Below are positions 28,763 through 40,074 of a stretch of 64,000 bases of DNA, in pieces. This DNA is from an uncultured delta proteobacterium (GTDB lineage: Bacteria > Desulfobacterota > Syntrophia > Syntrophales > UBA2185): positions 1-64,000 of the forward strand of contig CAVOID010000003.1 of the NCBI GenBank assembly GCA_963695875.1, in the 5' to 3' direction. Both the position numbers and the translations under genes were made by a program. The notes under the pieces are model-generated. The model made no database searches, was not told the DNA's origin, and was given only the letters and a program-made list of their open reading frames with translations. Position 1 is the stretch's first letter, and the number at the start of each line of letters is the position of its first letter.

Positions 28763-29206
28763 TCACTCTGATAGGGCACGCTTCATTGCGATGATGTCGA
28801 CACCCAGTTCAATCGCTGACCTGTTATTTTTCTGGCTTTGATTAAATAGCCAAAATAATGCGACGATTGCGATTAAACTCTCCCCGATAAAACGTCCGGT
28901 AATTAACACGAAAATAATATTGAACAATATCAGCACACATAGAGAAACTATTATGTACAATGTGTGTTTAGCCGTGACGTATCGGGTGTGTTGGCTGATA
29001 AGCAGAAATCCAATGAGCATGACTATGGGTGTGTCGTATATTATATAACCTGTTATGCCATATGACTTAACGTTCAATATAATGTATATCATAAGTACCA
29101 CATAAATGATGCCTCTGGTTCTGATTACTGCCTGCTTCCACTCATCGAACTTTTTAGCATCAACTCCAGGAAAATCGTATACAGATAAGTCTTTAAATGT
29201 TTTCAT
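28763..29206 (-). CDS. Hypothetical membrane protein with internal duplication
   Basis: Two similar TM hairpins, each containing ITG. Confidence 0.6.
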   Translation of the reverse strand: MKTFKDLSVYDFPGVDAKKFDEWKQAVIRTRGIIYVVLMIYIILNVKSYGITGYIIYDTPIVMLIGFLLISQHTRYVTAKHTLYIIVSLCVLILFNIIFVLITGRFIGESLIAIVALFWLFNQSQKNNRSAIELGVDIIAMKRALSE

Positions 29207-29725
29207 CTCAACCCTTTTCCCATGCTGGAGCTTTCCATAAGGAATAAATAGTTTTGTTTACGACGAAGCGAGGTTCCGACATTGTACCCGAAAATTACTC
29301 CAGTAATCTGCATCTTTATTAAAAATTTATCAAGTGTAGAATTTAGTCAATGATGGATTATACCAATTTCTGTCTAAAAGCTTTTATGATTTTAAAAATA
29401 AAAAGATTTAGGATACCAGCAATGAACAATTTCTAAAAGCCAGATATTTATGAAAAGCCCAAAAATCACTTGACAACTCCGCATCAATCTTTGAAAATAA
29501 AGACACTGAAGGATTTCTGTAACTTCGTTAACCTCACAAATTAACCATTTGAAATATTCTATCCATAATCAAGGTTTCTTTTTCTCTGAAGAGTAAACGC
29601 AAAGTGTCACCGTCCTTTTCTCGGATGTGTCCGGCTGTATGGCCATGACATAAGGAGCTTGGTCGCTAACTGCTAAGGATAGCTGATTTAGTTGTCGAAC
29701 AGGGAATCAGGGGACATAATATAAA

Positions 29726-29968
29726 ATGTTTACGGAGAAATCATGTGTGGGGTGTGGCTTTTGCTGTATAACAGCCACATGCTCAATCGGATTATTCTTA
29801 TATGGGCAAAACGGAAGATGCCCCGCACTTAAATGGAATGGAAGAAGATATCTTTGTGAGCTAGTTGATCTATACAAAAGCGCGTTAGCCATTGGTGGGG
29901 GATGTTGTGCCCCTCTCAATACATGGAGAGAGACGGTTAGAGATAGGAAGGACGTATTTTATCAATAG
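29726..29968 (+). CDS. Small Cys-rich protein (CxxCxxCC, zinc or iron-sulfur binding)
   Basis: CVGCGFCC...C...RCP...YLC...GGGCC: 9 Cys in 80 aa. Confidence 0.7.
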   Translation: MFTEKSCVGCGFCCITATCSIGLFLYGQNGRCPALKWNGRRYLCELVDLYKSALAIGGGCCAPLNTWRETVRDRKDVFYQ

Positions 29969-29984
29969 TTTGAACCCGGGAAAG

Positions 29985-30293
29985 TCATTTCCTTTCAAGT
30001 CCGCTTTCTCTGGTTCCTGTTTCCGGGGTCCAACTCATATGCTGGTATATCTTGGGGCCGATTTGCTCCACCCAGGTAATCTTTTTCACACACGGCGTTT
30101 GTGTAAGCTGCGAAAAACTCGATGACAACTCATCAGGATTACATCTCTTGGCATAATAGTAAACTGTATAATCCCCTAATATTTTCTTATCTTCCTGGAA
30201 ATAATACCAGACTGTCCAAAACAAAATAAATCCGATAATAGTCATTAAGATTGCTTTCATTATAATATACTTTTCGGAATCCGTATTCTTCAA
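29985..30293 (-). CDS. Small hypothetical membrane-anchored protein
   Basis: N-terminal TM helix and two Cys; start uncertain. Confidence 0.5.
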   Translation of the reverse strand: MKNTDSEKYIIMKAILMTIIGFILFWTVWYYFQEDKKILGDYTVYYYAKRCNPDELSSSFSQLTQTPCVKKITWVEQIGPKIYQHMSWTPETGTRESGLERK

Positions 30294-30838
30294 TGCATAA
30301 TTTTAGCAAACAGATATAAAAGTATCAAGAAGATATCGATTCAAGTAAGCCGGTTCTTCCTATTCTGCAGGTTGAAGTTTGTCTTCTTCTTTTGCTATTT
30401 GTTTGCCCGCATTTAGGTCAGCTCTTTTGAGAACACCAGCTTATCATCGCCGATGCGGTAAAACTTCTTGATACGCGCCACCAACTGGTATCCGTGCCGA
30501 AGAGGAACAATTTGTATTACAAATTATACAACAAGTACAGAGTCGATAATCTCTGATTATAAAAGCGGGATCAGACAATAAAGCAGCAGACAACACACTT
30601 GTTGATTATTTCGATAAGTATACATATTTTAAGAATGACTGCAAACCGTCTGTTACAGGTACTCCATAATAAGAATCCACATTCCCCGTTTTTCAAAATT
30701 AGCTATAGAAAATTGTCAATAGCATTTACAAACATTAATTTTTTTGTAATCCTGTAAAGCCTTATTTACCAGTTGTAATTGCCCACGATAAGGTTTAAAC
30801 ATTATATGTAAACACTGATTCAAAATGAGGTAGCAACC

Positions 30839-32188
30839 ATGGGAACAAGTCTCAAAAGCGGTCTAACTCGGATACAGTCAATTTTCACGGAGTTTTTTGG
30901 GCTCGGTAGATCTGTTGCACTAAGTGCTATTGCTCTGATCAGCCTGGTTACTATCTTTGCCATTTTCTGGTTCTTTCATTCGGCCCCGCCCAACACCATT
31001 ACCATCACGAGCGGTCCGGAAGGCAGCGTGTTCCGAACAAATGCCGAGAAATACAGCAAGATACTGGCGCGCAATGGCGTTATGTTAAAGATCATTACGT
31101 CCGATGGCTCGCAGGAAAATCTTAAGAGGCTGGCTGATTCTTCGTTCCGTGTCGACATCGGATTTGTTCAAGGCGGAGTAGTTGGCGATCTGAATATCGA
31201 TAAGCTGGTCTCACTCGGGAGCATCTCCTATGAGCCGCTCCTCATTTTCTACCGGAGTGCCAAGCCTTTGGAACTCTTATCCCAGATGAACGGCAAGCGG
31301 CTTGCGATCGGTCCAGTAGGCAGCGGAACGCAAACTCTGGCGTTGGCCCTACTCAAAGCCAATGGCATTGAGCCTGGCGGCGCAACTGTGTTGGCGGATC
31401 TGGACGCGGAAGACGCGACAAAGGCCTTGATCGAGGGCAAGGTTGACGCCGTGTTCATGATGGGAGATTCCGCCTCAACACAGATCATTCGTACGCTCCT
31501 GCGGACAGAGGGAATCCAACTTTTCGATTTCACACAGGCCGATGGTTATACACGCCGCATCGGCTATTTGAACAAGCTGATCCTACCGAAGGGATCCATC
31601 GATTTCGGAAAGAATATCCCCGATCACGATGTTCATCTGATCAGCCCCACAGTTGAGCTCATTGCACGCAACGATCTGCATCCAGCGTTGTCCGATTTGC
31701 TGCTTGAGACGGCGACTGAAGTACATGGGCGCGCGGGCCTGTTCAAGCGGTTAGGCGAGTTTCCTACACCACTCGAACACGAATTTCGCATTAGCGCTGA
31801 TGCGAGCCGCTTTTACAAATCGGGCAAGAGTTTCCTCTATAGGTATCTTCCATTCTGGATGGCAAGTCTCGTAAACCGCATCCTGGTGGTATTTGTGCCG
31901 ATGCTTCTGGTATTGATCCCGGGACTGCGAAGTATCCCTGCGATCTATCGATGGCGAATGAAGATGCGCATCTACCGGTGGTACCGACTGTTGCTGGCAC
32001 TCGAACAGGAAATGATTGCAAGTCCGGCGTCAGAGAAGCAGGGTGAATTGATAGGACGGCTCAATCATATCGAAGAGGAAGTCAACAAAATGAAATTGCC
32101 GGCGTCTTTTGCTGACCAGTTCTATGTACTCCGCGGGCACATAAACTTTGTCCGTAGCCGACTCATGGATAGCATTCAGTCGCACTGA
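30839..32188 (+). CDS. TAXI family solute-binding protein with membrane anchors
   Basis: ITITSGPEGS, GSQENL, DIGFVQGG, YEPL, GPVGSGT; N- and C-terminal TM segments. Confidence 0.85.
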   Translation: MGTSLKSGLTRIQSIFTEFFGLGRSVALSAIALISLVTIFAIFWFFHSAPPNTITITSGPEGSVFRTNAEKYSKILARNGVMLKIITSDGSQENLKRLADSSFRVDIGFVQGGVVGDLNIDKLVSLGSISYEPLLIFYRSAKPLELLSQMNGKRLAIGPVGSGTQTLALALLKANGIEPGGATVLADLDAEDATKALIEGKVDAVFMMGDSASTQIIRTLLRTEGIQLFDFTQADGYTRRIGYLNKLILPKGSIDFGKNIPDHDVHLISPTVELIARNDLHPALSDLLLETATEVHGRAGLFKRLGEFPTPLEHEFRISADASRFYKSGKSFLYRYLPFWMASLVNRILVVFVPMLLVLIPGLRSIPAIYRWRMKMRIYRWYRLLLALEQEMIASPASEKQGELIGRLNHIEEEVNKMKLPASFADQFYVLRGHINFVRSRLMDSIQSH

Positions 32189-32638
32189 GGTAGATAGAGA
32201 AAACTAGGTGCGAGAACAACTCAAACTATAAACCCTAAGCTCGTCTCCTTCGCCTGATTCTCATACCTGTACCTACGATCACAATAAACACCAAAAAATA
32301 AGGATACTCAATTAAGTATATTATCGGTACAAGCATCCACCTTATTTTACTGCATGACATTTACCTCCATTCTCAATTTTCATATTTAATTCTTTAGCAT
32401 CTACAAAATCAGAAAAATTGCATCATAAGATTCATTTATGATACTTTGGAAAAAAACAATGTGATGTTTGCATTCATAAATCATGTGTGATAAATTCAAA
32501 GAACTTCTCCTTACTATGAGCCGGCCATACCGATACTCTTCGGGAGGCAGGAATATTACAATAACATTGACGGTTTAATTTATTATAGCACTATTACCAT
32601 AGCAGTGGTCTGAGCCCATTGTTCAATAGAGGGTAACT

Positions 32639-34294
32639 GTGGCAATAACTCAGAAAAATATGCCTTCCTCCAAACCGCCGTCCACCATAAATTTGAAAAA
32701 GAAAAAAGTTCTTGTAGTAGAAGATTTCTTTAATTTCCGCCTCACCATGAGGAGGATGTTAAGGTCATTTAACATAAGCGATATTGACGAAGCTTCAGAT
32801 GGTGAAGAGGCCGTAAAAAAAATGTCTTACAAAAAATACGACATCATTCTTTGCGACTACAATCTTGGGTCCGGCAAGGACGGCCAGCATGTTCTTGAAG
32901 AGGCGAAATTTCGTGGATATATGGATTATTCTGCCATCTTTATGATGGTTACGGCATTGAATACCGCGGATATGGTTATGGGGGCCCTTGAGTATCAGCC
33001 CGATGATTATTTGATTAAACCATTTACTAAGGTGACCCTTGAAAAGAAATTAAAGAATTCTATCAAAAAGAAAGAAAATCTTAAAAACATTGAAAGGGCT
33101 ATCGAGAAGAATGACTATGCAAAGGCCATTGCTCTTTGCGATGAGCTAATTGACAGCAACACAAAAAACCTTACCGAGCTGCTAAAACTGAAGGGAGAAA
33201 TTCTTACAAAAAAAGGAGACTATACTGATGCGGCGGTATTCTATGATGAAGTACTATCCATGGGTAACCTGCCATGGGCAATGCTTGGTCTGGGCAAGAT
33301 TAAATTCATAACCGGCGATTATAATGCAGCAAAAGACATATTTGAGAAGATCATTGCAAAAAATGACAAGAACGTTGCTGCTTATGACTGGCTTGCCTTC
33401 ACCCATGAAAAGATGGGAAATCTAAAAGAAGCACAGAAGGTTCTTCAGGAAGCCATACATATTTCTCCAAAAGCTATCCTTCGACAGAAGGCTTTGGGAA
33501 ATATTGCATATAAAAATAAGGATCTCATTACAGCTGAGTACTCGTTTAAAGAGGCAGTGAAGCAAGGCAAGCATTCTTTTTTCAAGAGTCCTTCCGACTA
33601 TACAAGTCTGGCCAAGGTATTCGTGGATAAAAATGCTCCGGAAGAAGGTCTCAAAGTATTGAGCGATGCCGGCAGGGAATTTACTAATAATCCGGAGGCC
33701 GCTTTGCAGATTTCCGTGACGGAAAGTTTAGCCTTCAAAAAGATGAACCGTGAGAAGGACGCCAGAAAGGCCCTGGCAAAGGCGACCCAACTTTCGACCA
33801 CTCTGCCTAATAAACTACCCTCCAATGTTGAGCTTGATCTTGCAAAAGCCTTCTTCTTGACGGGAAATGAAGAAAGCGGCAAGGCCATCATCCAGCGTCT
33901 CGTTCAAAGCAACCACGAAGACCAGGAGTTAATAGGCGATGTCCAGGCTGTTTTTAAAGACCTTAATATTGCGGATAAAGGGCGGGAGATTATCTCCATG
34001 GCACGTAATGAAATCATTAAACTCAACAACGATGGCGTCAGGCTGGTCAAGGAAGGCAATCTCAGCAAAGCTATTGATTTCTTCGAACAAGCAGCGGATA
34101 ACCTGCCGGCCAACAAGGTAATCAATGCCAACGCTGCTCATGCCCTCGTGCTCTATATGCAGAAAAACGGCAGCAAACCCCTTTATCTTAGGAAAGCTAC
34201 GCGATTCCTCGACCGCGTAAAGAATATTGATCCTGCATACAAAGACCTTGAAAACCTGATGAAAATGTACAACGAACTGGACCGGGAGGAATGA
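32639..34294 (+). CDS. Response regulator receiver fused to TPR repeats
   Basis: VLVVED, IILCDYNLG, MVTA, YLIKPF; TPR-like helical repeats; no DNA-binding domain. Confidence 0.9.
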   Translation: MAITQKNMPSSKPPSTINLKKKKVLVVEDFFNFRLTMRRMLRSFNISDIDEASDGEEAVKKMSYKKYDIILCDYNLGSGKDGQHVLEEAKFRGYMDYSAIFMMVTALNTADMVMGALEYQPDDYLIKPFTKVTLEKKLKNSIKKKENLKNIERAIEKNDYAKAIALCDELIDSNTKNLTELLKLKGEILTKKGDYTDAAVFYDEVLSMGNLPWAMLGLGKIKFITGDYNAAKDIFEKIIAKNDKNVAAYDWLAFTHEKMGNLKEAQKVLQEAIHISPKAILRQKALGNIAYKNKDLITAEYSFKEAVKQGKHSFFKSPSDYTSLAKVFVDKNAPEEGLKVLSDAGREFTNNPEAALQISVTESLAFKKMNREKDARKALAKATQLSTTLPNKLPSNVELDLAKAFFLTGNEESGKAIIQRLVQSNHEDQELIGDVQAVFKDLNIADKGREIISMARNEIIKLNNDGVRLVKEGNLSKAIDFFEQAADNLPANKVINANAAHALVLYMQKNGSKPLYLRKATRFLDRVKNIDPAYKDLENLMKMYNELDREE

Positions 34295-34298
34295 TATC

Positions 34299-34991
34299 AT
34301 GGATGATAAAATGGACTTTCTCGATATCCTTGCATCCACTCTTCATGATACGAAAAATTCTCTCGGGATGCTCTTCAATACGTTGGAAGAGATCATCGAA
34401 CAGTGCAAAGAACAGGACTGCTCTTTATACCAGGGATTTTACATGTTTCAGTATGAAATCAAACGCCTGAATTACAGCCTTATCCGTCTGCTGTCTTTAT
34501 ATAAGGCCGAAAGATCTCAATTTATGATCAACATAGATTACTACTCTGTCTGTGAATTTATCGAGGATACAGTATTGCAAGCTGAACCTCTCCTCAGTTC
34601 AAAAGGGATAAAAATCGAAACTGAATGTCCGGAGGGATTATTTTGGGCCTTTGACCACAGCTTGATCTCCGGTGTTTTGGATAATGTGCTGAATAATGCT
34701 TTTCGCTATGCAAAGGACAAAGTAAGAATCAGTGCCGTTAAAGAAGGCGAATACCTCTTATTACAGATAGAGGACAATGGTCCCGGTTACCCGGAAGCTA
34801 TGCTTATTACCGACAAAAAGGATTCATCTTACAAAAGAACTATCGATATCAATACCGGAAGCACGGGACTGGGCCTCTACTTTTCCATGCTTGTGGCAAA
34901 ATCTCATACAAAAAAGGATAGGGAAGGTTACATATCTATAGTTAATGGCGGTTCCTTGGGGGGAGGCGTCTTTACTATCTATATGCCTTAG
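34299..34991 (+). CDS. Histidine kinase lacking a sensor domain
   Basis: H box HDTKNSL, N box NVLNNAFRYA, G1 EDNGPG, G2 STGLGLYF. Confidence 0.9.
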   Translation: MDDKMDFLDILASTLHDTKNSLGMLFNTLEEIIEQCKEQDCSLYQGFYMFQYEIKRLNYSLIRLLSLYKAERSQFMINIDYYSVCEFIEDTVLQAEPLLSSKGIKIETECPEGLFWAFDHSLISGVLDNVLNNAFRYAKDKVRISAVKEGEYLLLQIEDNGPGYPEAMLITDKKDSSYKRTIDINTGSTGLGLYFSMLVAKSHTKKDREGYISIVNGGSLGGGVFTIYMP

Positions 34992-35026
34992 GGTTACAGG
35001 CGCGGGGCAGATTTTCCCGCACTTAT

Positions 35027-35632
35027 TTATGAAGTGGTATTCGCGGGGAAATACTTATCAACCATTTCTTCCACATGTTTGAGCCATTCTCTCCGCTCTG
35101 CCGGTGTGCTCGTGGCGATAATGCCAAACATTTTTCGATAGAATTTCTTCACCCCACAGAGTCCAAAGATACAATCCTTCCATAATGCTTCCAGCGGATC
35201 ACCAAATACCTCCATTTCTCTTTCATTTGGTGTATTCGATGTATTGAATACAATGGCGGCTTTGGCTCTCAGCAACCCTATGGGAACGCCCTCGCCAGTG
35301 TCGCCTTCCTGAAATTCATAGGCCACTCCGGGTCGGAACACTCTATCAATCCATCCCTTAAGGATTGCAGGTGGTTGTCCCCACCAGTTCGGATGAATTA
35401 TCACAAAACCCTCCGCAGAGACCACTTCAGCACAATGTAATTCAATATCCGTTTGCAGGAAAGCATCTTTGGGGATCTCCTCATCCGGCAGGACGGGATC
35501 AAATCTTTCCTCGTAGAGATCGTGAAATCGGACGTTGTGTCCGTTTCTTCGTAACGTTTGCGTGGCGGTGTCAGCTATGGCTCGATTGAAACTTTTCACA
35601 TTTGGATGTGCGACGATTACTACTACATTCAT
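35027..35632 (-). CDS. Flavodoxin-fold NAD(P)H dehydrogenase (quinone)
   Basis: AHPNVKSFN, DLY, PNWWGQPPAILKGWIDRV. Confidence 0.9.
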   Translation of the reverse strand: MNVVVIVAHPNVKSFNRAIADTATQTLRRNGHNVRFHDLYEERFDPVLPDEEIPKDAFLQTDIELHCAEVVSAEGFVIIHPNWWGQPPAILKGWIDRVFRPGVAYEFQEGDTGEGVPIGLLRAKAAIVFNTSNTPNEREMEVFGDPLEALWKDCIFGLCGVKKFYRKMFGIIATSTPAERREWLKHVEEMVDKYFPANTTS

Positions 35633-35705
35633 AAATTTTTGAAGTGCTCACAATGGCATCAGATGTCCGATGCCATAAGTAATTTCATAACAGGACTACC
35701 CATGT

Positions 35706-37391
35706 CTATATTCTCGTCAACTGTCGGTACTTGATCCGGTGGGGCTGGTCGGCAGCAGCGCCAAGTCGCGCCTTTCTATCAGCTTCATACTCGGAATAGT
35801 TTCCATCGAACCAGATTGTTTTGCTGTCACCTTCAAAGGAAAGGATGTGCGTGGCGATGCGGTCGAGGAACCAGCGGTCATGGCTGATCACCACGGCACA
35901 ACCGGCAAAATTCTCAAGTGCCTCCTCTAGTGCCCGCAGGGTATTCACGTCAAGGTCATTGGTCGGTTCATCCAATAGGAGCACATTGGCTCCTTCCTTC
36001 AGCATCCGTGCTAGGTGAACCCGGTTCCGTTCACCTCCGGACAGGGTACCAACCTTTTTCTGCTGGTCTGTCCCGGAAAAATTGAACCGCGCAACATAGG
36101 CACGGGAGTTGACCTGGATATCCCCGAGCTTTATTGTATCGTAACCTTCGGAAATTACCTCCCAGATGGTCTTGTTCGGATCGAGAACGTCGCGGCTCTG
36201 ATCCACATATGCCAGTTTGACTGTTTCCCCGATCCTGATCGCACCGGAGTCCGGCGTTTCCTGGCCTGTGATCATCCGGAACAACGTAGTTTTTCCTGCG
36301 CCGTTCGGGCCGATGATCCCCACAATCCCACCAGGCGGCAGGGAGAAGGACATCCCTTCTACCAGAAGTCGATCACCATAAGCCTTTCCCACGTTTTCAG
36401 CCTCAATCACAACTTTGCCCAGTCGAGGTCCTGGTGGTATATAGATTTGCAGGTCTCCGGCGGTTTTTTCACTCTCCTGTTTCAGGAGTACCTCATAGGA
36501 ATTAATGCGTGCCTTTGATTTCGCATGCCTTCCTTTGGGTGACATTCGTATCCATTCCAGCTCACGCTGCAGGGTGCGCTGACGCTCTGTCTCTCTTTTC
36601 TCCTCTACTTGCAGGCGTTTCTGTTTTTGTTCCAGCCACGATGAATAATTCCCCTGCCATGGAATTCCTTGCGCCCGATCCAGCTCCAGGATCCAGCCAG
36701 CCACGTTGTCGAGGAAATACCGGTCATGCGTCACGGCAATGATAGTGCCGGGATAGCGCTGCAGGTGGTGCTCCAGCCATGCGACTGTCTCGGCATCAAG
36801 GTGATTTGTCGGTTCATCCAGAAGGAGTATGTCCGGTTTCTGCAAGAGAAGCCTGCAAAAAGCTACGCGCCGCCTTTCACCGCCGGAAAGGACTTTTACG
36901 GGAGTGTCTCCCGGTGGGCAGCGCAAGGCATCCATGGCCATCTCCAGCCGTGAGTCCAGATCCCAGGCATCAAGGGCGTCAAGCTTTTCCTGAACCGCTC
37001 CCTGACGTTCAATGAGCTTGTTCATCTCCTCATCCGACATCGGTTCGCTGAATTGTTCAGTGATGCGGTTAAATTCATTGAGCAGAGTCACAGTTCCCTG
37101 CACACCTTCCTCCACAATATCCCGCGCCGTCTTTGTTTCATCCAGGTGAGGCTCCTGTTCGAGAAATCCAACTGTATAACCTGGAGAAAGGATGGTCTTG
37201 CCGTTGAAGTCCTGATCCACCCCTGCCAATATCCGCAGTAGCGAACTTTTTCCTGAACCATTAAGGCCCAGAACGCCAATCTTCGCGCCATAGAAATAGG
37301 ACAAATAGACGTCCTTAAGTACCGGCTTCTTGTCATAATACCTGCTTACTCCGATCATAGAGTAAATCACTTTAGTGGTTTCATTCGCCAT
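35706..37391 (-). CDS. ettA: Energy-dependent translational throttle A (ABC-F ATPase)
   Basis: GAKIGVLGLNGSGKS, two NBDs, RELEWIRMSPKGRHAKSKAR linker, HRIKYRQL terminus. Confidence 0.96.
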   Translation of the reverse strand: MANETTKVIYSMIGVSRYYDKKPVLKDVYLSYFYGAKIGVLGLNGSGKSSLLRILAGVDQDFNGKTILSPGYTVGFLEQEPHLDETKTARDIVEEGVQGTVTLLNEFNRITEQFSEPMSDEEMNKLIERQGAVQEKLDALDAWDLDSRLEMAMDALRCPPGDTPVKVLSGGERRRVAFCRLLLQKPDILLLDEPTNHLDAETVAWLEHHLQRYPGTIIAVTHDRYFLDNVAGWILELDRAQGIPWQGNYSSWLEQKQKRLQVEEKRETERQRTLQRELEWIRMSPKGRHAKSKARINSYEVLLKQESEKTAGDLQIYIPPGPRLGKVVIEAENVGKAYGDRLLVEGMSFSLPPGGIVGIIGPNGAGKTTLFRMITGQETPDSGAIRIGETVKLAYVDQSRDVLDPNKTIWEVISEGYDTIKLGDIQVNSRAYVARFNFSGTDQQKKVGTLSGGERNRVHLARMLKEGANVLLLDEPTNDLDVNTLRALEEALENFAGCAVVISHDRWFLDRIATHILSFEGDSKTIWFDGNYSEYEADRKARLGAAADQPHRIKYRQLTRI

Positions 37392-37571
37392 TTAGCCTGA
37401 TAGTCTCCTTCTATTCAATAATTTCATAAATTCACATATGTTAAGGTATTCCCGATGGGACGAGCGACTCGCCTGTCTCAACCGTTTTACGTTCCCTTAT
37501 CGCATGTCCAAGACAGACGGGGCGCCTTTCCTACGAGTGATGATATGACAATGAACTTATACATGTCGACT

Positions 37572-38408
37572 CTATCCATCATTTGTAGCGGAAAGATAAC
37601 GGTCAAGTATCAAAGATGTTTGCTTTATGAGAACGCCGAACGCCTTTTCTCTTTTATTATCATCTATCATGAAGTGAACGACTTGAACCTCGGCTGAAAA
37701 CACACCCTGTAACAACCTGATGGTGTCGCATTTCCTCTGTTCCACCATTTCCCCTGTGCCATAGCTGTCCCCTTTCTGCTCGTTGGATCCGAAATCATCG
37801 ATTAGTAAAATGTGCCGGATTGCGCTTATGTTCAAGGCGGCTTTAAGAATTGCCCAGAACCGGGATTTGTTTTTATGGACACCTAGGTCTGCGGAGTTAG
37901 CCACGATAACTGGTGATGTATCGGGGGCAGCGGAGGCGGCCTTTGCTGCTATTGCCTGAACCTGGAATTCTTTAAGATATTTTACTATGTAACCCGTAGC
38001 TTCGGCGTAATGATCCGTAGCAACAATAACTCTAATGGAAGGATGCCCGCCTAATTTAATCAAAATTGGCTGCCATCGCCAGTCAATGCGGGAGTGACTA
38101 AGATAACTGTCTACAAATGAAGATGCTGCGTCGGAAATCTTATCACATGAGACAATAGACATATTCTTATGACAGATGGCACTTATCCTGTCTTCTATGA
38201 CTTTTTTATAGCCTGCTGTCGTTGTGCTCCCTTCCAGCCAGGTAGGATTGACGATCTGTTCCCAGAATATATCGGGACTGCTGATCCCCAGGTCCATCAA
38301 ACCGCTTTCTATGAGGTGATTCATTAAGTAGTCCGGCCTGGCGAATAATGTGGATTCAAGACTGAGTGTTCCTGAGTAATCGAAGATGATCAGCTTTTCC
38401 GGCACCAT
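37572..38408 (-). CDS. Hypothetical HAD-like protein
   Basis: IIFDYSGTLS, VATD, HK, LIDD resemble HAD motifs I-IV; follows thiE. Confidence 0.55.
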   Translation of the reverse strand: MVPEKLIIFDYSGTLSLESTLFARPDYLMNHLIESGLMDLGISSPDIFWEQIVNPTWLEGSTTTAGYKKVIEDRISAICHKNMSIVSCDKISDAASSFVDSYLSHSRIDWRWQPILIKLGGHPSIRVIVATDHYAEATGYIVKYLKEFQVQAIAAKAASAAPDTSPVIVANSADLGVHKNKSRFWAILKAALNISAIRHILLIDDFGSNEQKGDSYGTGEMVEQRKCDTIRLLQGVFSAEVQVVHFMIDDNKREKAFGVLIKQTSLILDRYLSATNDG

Positions 38409-38423
38409 GGTAGAAGGATTCCT

Positions 38424-39065
38424 TTATGTCGATCTTTTTCCCAGCGCTGCCTTGATGATGTCACAGAGTTCCCGGGAAGCCCTTAAAGGATCGGGAGCCG
38501 CGCAGATTGCGGAGACAACAGCGATGCAGTCGGCTCCCGCCATGACTGCATCTTTAGCATTAGATGCATTGAGACCGCCGATAGCGACCAAGGAATGGTT
38601 TGAATAGGCCTTGATTCTGGCCAATCCATCCAGTCCCCAGTTACCTTTCGTATCGGTTTTCGTCGGCGTCTCAAAAACAGGACTGACACCGAGATAGTTG
38701 ACATCGAGTTCCTGTGCCCTTACCACATCATCCCAGTTTTCTACAGAGAGGCCGATTATTGCCCGCGGTCCCATGAGCTTCCTGGCTGTCTCATAAGGCA
38801 TGTCTTCCTGACCGACATGAACTCCATCAGCCCCGGCGGCAAGGGCTACGTCCAGGCGGTCATTTATGATGAGAGGCACCCGGAATTGGGCTGTAAGTGC
38901 TTTTATTTTCCATGCCTCTTCCACGAAAACCCGCGTGGATACATCCTTTTCGCGTAACTGCACATAGGCAACTCCACCTTTCAGGGCCTGGCGTACGACG
39001 TCTTCAAGCTGTCTGTCACCACACATTTTTCGGTCAGTAACCAGATATAATCCCTGCACGGTCAA
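38424..39065 (-). CDS. thiE: Thiamine-phosphate synthase
   Basis: [35 protein letters not shown]. Confidence 0.96.
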   Translation of the reverse strand: MTVQGLYLVTDRKMCGDRQLEDVVRQALKGGVAYVQLREKDVSTRVFVEEAWKIKALTAQFRVPLIINDRLDVALAAGADGVHVGQEDMPYETARKLMGPRAIIGLSVENWDDVVRAQELDVNYLGVSPVFETPTKTDTKGNWGLDGLARIKAYSNHSLVAIGGLNASNAKDAVMAGADCIAVVSAICAAPDPLRASRELCDIIKAALGKRST

Positions 39066-39865
39066 CCCTCTATTTTGAGATAACGATTTATATCTTCTTC
39101 CGACAGCCGGTAAAGGGTATCCAGAAAGCGGACCTGAAGACTCCCAGGACCTGGTACATTCTCCGCAGCGATTTCTCCGGCAATACCCACAACCGCCATA
39201 GCTTGCGCTGCTGCTTCGGCAAACTTATGGTTGACGGCGGCAAATGCGCCACATATGGCAGTTGCTATGCATCCCATACCTGTAACTTTCGTCATCATGA
39301 GGTGACCATTCATGACTCTGGTTACATCATCCCTATAAATGATGTAATCTGTTTCTCCGCTGACACAGACAACGCTCCCGTAAATTCTGTTTAACTGGCG
39401 AGCCGCGTCAACTGCTGCATGCGAGGAGGTGGTGCTTTCCACCCCTTTTGTCTTTGCATCCTCTTTCAGAAGGGCCATAATTTCCGAGGCGTTACCTCTG
39501 ATGATCGCGGGCGGGACTTCCTGTATCAGCTCTCTTGCCGTACTGGTACGGTATGTGGTTGCGCCTGCGCCGACAGGGTCCAGGACTATCGGGATGTTCA
39601 TTTTTTTTGCCTGATATACGGCCCGGAGCATCGCCCGTATCCAGTGGGGGCTTAGGGTCCCGATGTTAATGACCAGAGCGCCGGCAATGTTAACCATATC
39701 TTCCACTTCCTCCTCTGCATGGGCCATAACAGGGGAAGCCCCTATTGCCAGCAATGCATTGGCCGAGTTGTTCATGACGACGTAATTGGTGATATTGTGA
39801 ACCACCGGCGAATTTTGTCTGATCTTTTCAACGCATGACCAAATACCGGAAGCAGAAACTTTCAT
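39062..39865 (-). CDS. thiM: Hydroxyethylthiazole kinase
   Basis: [44 protein letters not shown]. Confidence 0.96.
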   Translation of the reverse strand: MKVSASGIWSCVEKIRQNSPVVHNITNYVVMNNSANALLAIGASPVMAHAEEEVEDMVNIAGALVINIGTLSPHWIRAMLRAVYQAKKMNIPIVLDPVGAGATTYRTSTARELIQEVPPAIIRGNASEIMALLKEDAKTKGVESTTSSHAAVDAARQLNRIYGSVVCVSGETDYIIYRDDVTRVMNGHLMMTKVTGMGCIATAICGAFAAVNHKFAEAAAQAMAVVGIAGEIAAENVPGPGSLQVRFLDTLYRLSEEDINRYLKIEG

Positions 39866-40074
39866 AATGTAACTCTCCTCATATCAATTTAATCGGCCTT
39901 GGAATGTACCACATAAGATACCGGAATGTAAACAGGCTGTTGTTTTCAAAAAGTTTGTCAATTTCTCCTGTTGTGTGAGTTTGTTGAATATAGTAATTTA
40001 AATCATTCGGCACGAAATTTTATCAATAAAGTATGTAACGTGTAATAATGGACTGGGGTCTGAAAGGAGGAGCA

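Noticed and set aside
37455..37540. GTAG-type REP-like remnant upstream of ettA
   Set aside because: Too degenerate to call
39866..40050. TPP riboswitch expected upstream of thiM
   Set aside because: No conserved CTGAGA or related core on the minus strand
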